Assembly (NCBI GenBank): GCA_963785235.1
Contig: CAWAUM010000001.1
Coordinates: 192,001 to 256,000, forward strand
Length of the DNA: 64,000 nucleotides
DNA from: an uncultured delta proteobacterium
GTDB lineage: Bacteria > Desulfobacterota > Desulfomonilia > UBA1062
Direction of reading: 5' to 3'
Shown in pieces: positions 61,760 through 64,000 of this stretch. The first letter of the stretch is position 1, and every line of letters begins with the position of its first letter. A program made the position numbers and the translations under genes. Below the pieces are notes generated by a model. It saw only the letters and a list, made by a program, of their open reading frames with translations, was not told where the DNA came from and did no database searches.

Positions 61760-61988
61760 CAGCTTGACCTGATATCAATATTTATAACCGCGAGGTGAGC
61801 TGAAGAGCAACGTGTCGTAGGTGTTTGTGTCATGCGTGCCGTCGTTGCCTGCAGCTCTTCGTGATGCAGAGGCGCCTCATGATGAAGTCCTTAGGGTGTG
61901 CGGTCGTAAGTTGCTGATCATGTAATATGGCGCCTTCGTGATGCCCCTCGCGGTCAGATGAGAACATGCGTTCCCTTATCTGCCTGAA

Positions 61989-62216
61989 TCAGGTAAACAA
62001 GCCGGCCAGGCCTTCCCAGTAGAGAGTTCCCCAGGAGTTTATTGTGGGGTCTGCCTTGCAGGTAGGGCAGAAGTGGACGACTATGATGTTTTCCGGGTCA
62101 AAGCTGGTGATCTCCTGGTGTCCGCAGTGTCTGCATACCGGAGTCCCGCACCCTGAGCATGAGGTTTCGGTATGGATGCCGCATGAGCAAGCATCGAGTT
62201 TCCGTGCCGGTAGCAT
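61989..62216 (-). CDS. Small Cys-rich putative zinc-finger protein
   Basis: AAAGGGGG RBS; CSC, CSGC, CRHC and CPTC (8 Cys); sigma54 promoter upstream. Confidence 0.65.
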   Translation of the reverse strand: MLPARKLDACSCGIHTETSCSGCGTPVCRHCGHQEITSFDPENIIVVHFCPTCKADPTINSWGTLYWEGLAGLFT

Positions 62217-62268
62217 TGAGATGCCCCCTTTCATGCCTTGTTGATTTCGTTGGTTGTTATGAAAGTGA

Positions 62269-62285
62269 TTGCCATTTTTATGCCA
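62269..62285 (-). promoter_or_regulatory. sigma54 (-24/-12) promoter
   Basis: Minus strand reads TGGCATAAAAATGGCAA (GG-N10-GC). Confidence 0.65.
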
Positions 62286-62484
62286 AGGGGAAGGGCAGGG
62301 GCAATCAGATGTTTGAGATAAAAATGTCGAGGAAAATCAAGAAGCAACTAATTACCCCCTCGATGGTATACCCATGAAACCATAAGCCGGTACTGGTCCG
62401 TATGCCATAAATTTATGGCGTCTGTACCATAAGAGATGCCCGGATCGCCCTTGCAGCAGGATTCTTCGTCATTTACACTATCTC

Positions 62485-64000
62485 CTATTGCAGGCCTTCC
62501 CTTTCCAGAGATTCACTTTGCGCTATGAGCTTATAGATATCCAGGATCAGGGCCACCGTGCCGTCGCCCAGGATGGTAGCCCCTGATACCCCCTCGATGT
62601 TCTTCATGAGGTTGCCCATATTCTTGATCACGGTCTGGTGCTGGCCGATCACCTTGTCCACCAGGAAACCCACCCGCTTTTCGCCGAGCTCGGTGATGAC
62701 TACCTGTTCGATGGGTGGTGTATCCGACTTCAAGCTGAAGGTTTCACGCAAAGAGATGTAAGGGATGATCGCATCCCTCACCCTGATGAGGTGACGACCA
62801 TGGGAGTGCCTTCTCTCTGCATCGGACAGTTCCACGCACTCCACGACTGCGTTCAAGGGGAGAACATAGGAGTCGTTATCAAGGTTCACGAGCAGTCCGT
62901 CAATAATGGCCAGTGTCAAAGGAAGCTTCAAGGTGATGGTGGACCCACGGCCCTTGGCGCTTTGAACCTCAACAGATCCGCCCAGGCCTTCGATGCTGTT
63001 TCTGACCACATCCATGCCGACGCCCCTTCCCGAGACGCCGGTCACGCTTGAAGCCGTAGAAAAACCAGGCGCGAAAATGAGATCGTACAGTTCGCGTTCA
63101 GTGAGCGCAGCATCGGGGCTGATGATGCCTTTTTCTATGGCCTTTGCCCTGATGGCATCTCCACCCAACCCAGCGCCGTCGTCGGCGATACTGGATCAGG
63201 ACATAGGCACCCGAGTGCTGGGCCGAGATCTTGATGATACCTTGAGCGGATTTACCAGAGGCGATTCTGATCTCCGGCGCCTCGATGCCATGATCGATGC
63301 TGTTGCGGATGAGATGGACGAGCGGGTCTGAAAGCTTGTCGATGACGGTCTTGTCGAGTTCGGTTTCCTCGCCTTCCATAATGAAGCCAATGTCCTTGCC
63401 AAGCTCGGTGGACAGGTCACGGACCAGGCGCTTGAACTTGGCAAAGGTCGTCCCGATGGGCAGCATCCTGATACCCATGGAGATATCGCGGAGCTCTGCG
63501 CTGAGCCGTTCCACCTCCTCGGCAATGGCTATGAGGTCCGGGTCGCTCTTTGTTGCCGAGAACTGGGTAAGTCGTGCCTGAACCGTCACCAGCTCGCCCA
63601 CCAGGTTCACCAGGGCATCGAGCCTTGGTGCCGGAACGCGGATGCTGGATGTCTCTTCTGCTACGGCACGTTTTTTATTTTGTGTCCTGATCTGCTCCTG
63701 TTCGGACAGTGCGGATCTGATCTCGGCCTTGTTCACCACCCCGGTATCAAGGAGCACCTCGCCGAGGCGCTTCTGGCTCTTCAGCGCTTTATCCAGGTCC
63801 TCCTTAACGAGGGCGCCGCGCTCCAGCAGGATCTCGCCGATCTTCTTGTCTGGTGCAGCAACATTATCGGGTACTGGCACATGAATGCTCTCTATGGATA
63901 TATCGCTTGAGTCCTCTACAAAGATGAACACATCCCTGATGATGTTTATATCGCTTGTGGTTGTCAGGATAATGTCCCAGCTCGTATAGCAGGCCTCAGG
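62485..64000 (-). CDS. cheA: Chemotaxis histidine kinase CheA (5' end outside window), frameshift near 63185
   Basis: RLDALVNLVGELV, PLVHLIRNSIDHGIE, FAPGFSTA, SGRGVGMDVV, LPLTLAII and a CheW-like C-terminus. Confidence 0.95.

Overview
64 kb of chromosomal DNA from an anaerobic, deltaproteobacteria-like (Desulfobacterota-type) bacterium; the taxonomy is inferred from gene content. About 17 genes, including housekeeping ones (hisI, birA, lpdA, cheA), are split by single-base frameshifts, most likely uncorrected long-read errors. Left to right: the end of a surface-polysaccharide locus (AT-rich Wzx/Wzy/GT4 part, TPP-dependent E1 alpha/beta pair, aminotransferases, Wzz, PglF-like dehydratase); tadA, two tRNA-Ser, SRP RNA and dnaX; tRNA-Met; PEP-CTERM system parts; map, hisG and hisI; a RAYT-type HUH transposase with 19-bp inverted flanks next to a VapBC pair; lpdA, pfk, a RomR/PopZ-like acidic protein, valS and birA; a defence-island-like stretch (TA remnants, a HigA fragment ending in a 59-bp attC site, a zorABC Zorya operon with no zorD behind a consensus sigma54 promoter); an uncharacterised operon with two glycyl-radical enzymes, one activase and a tandem split-barrel protein; NrpR-like regulator, yggS and cheA. 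The best novelty candidates are (i) a dispersed family of four long perfect palindromes whose stems differ by mirrored compensatory changes inside conserved flanks, (ii) the two-GRE operon and (iii) the sigma54-driven, ZorD-less Zorya locus.
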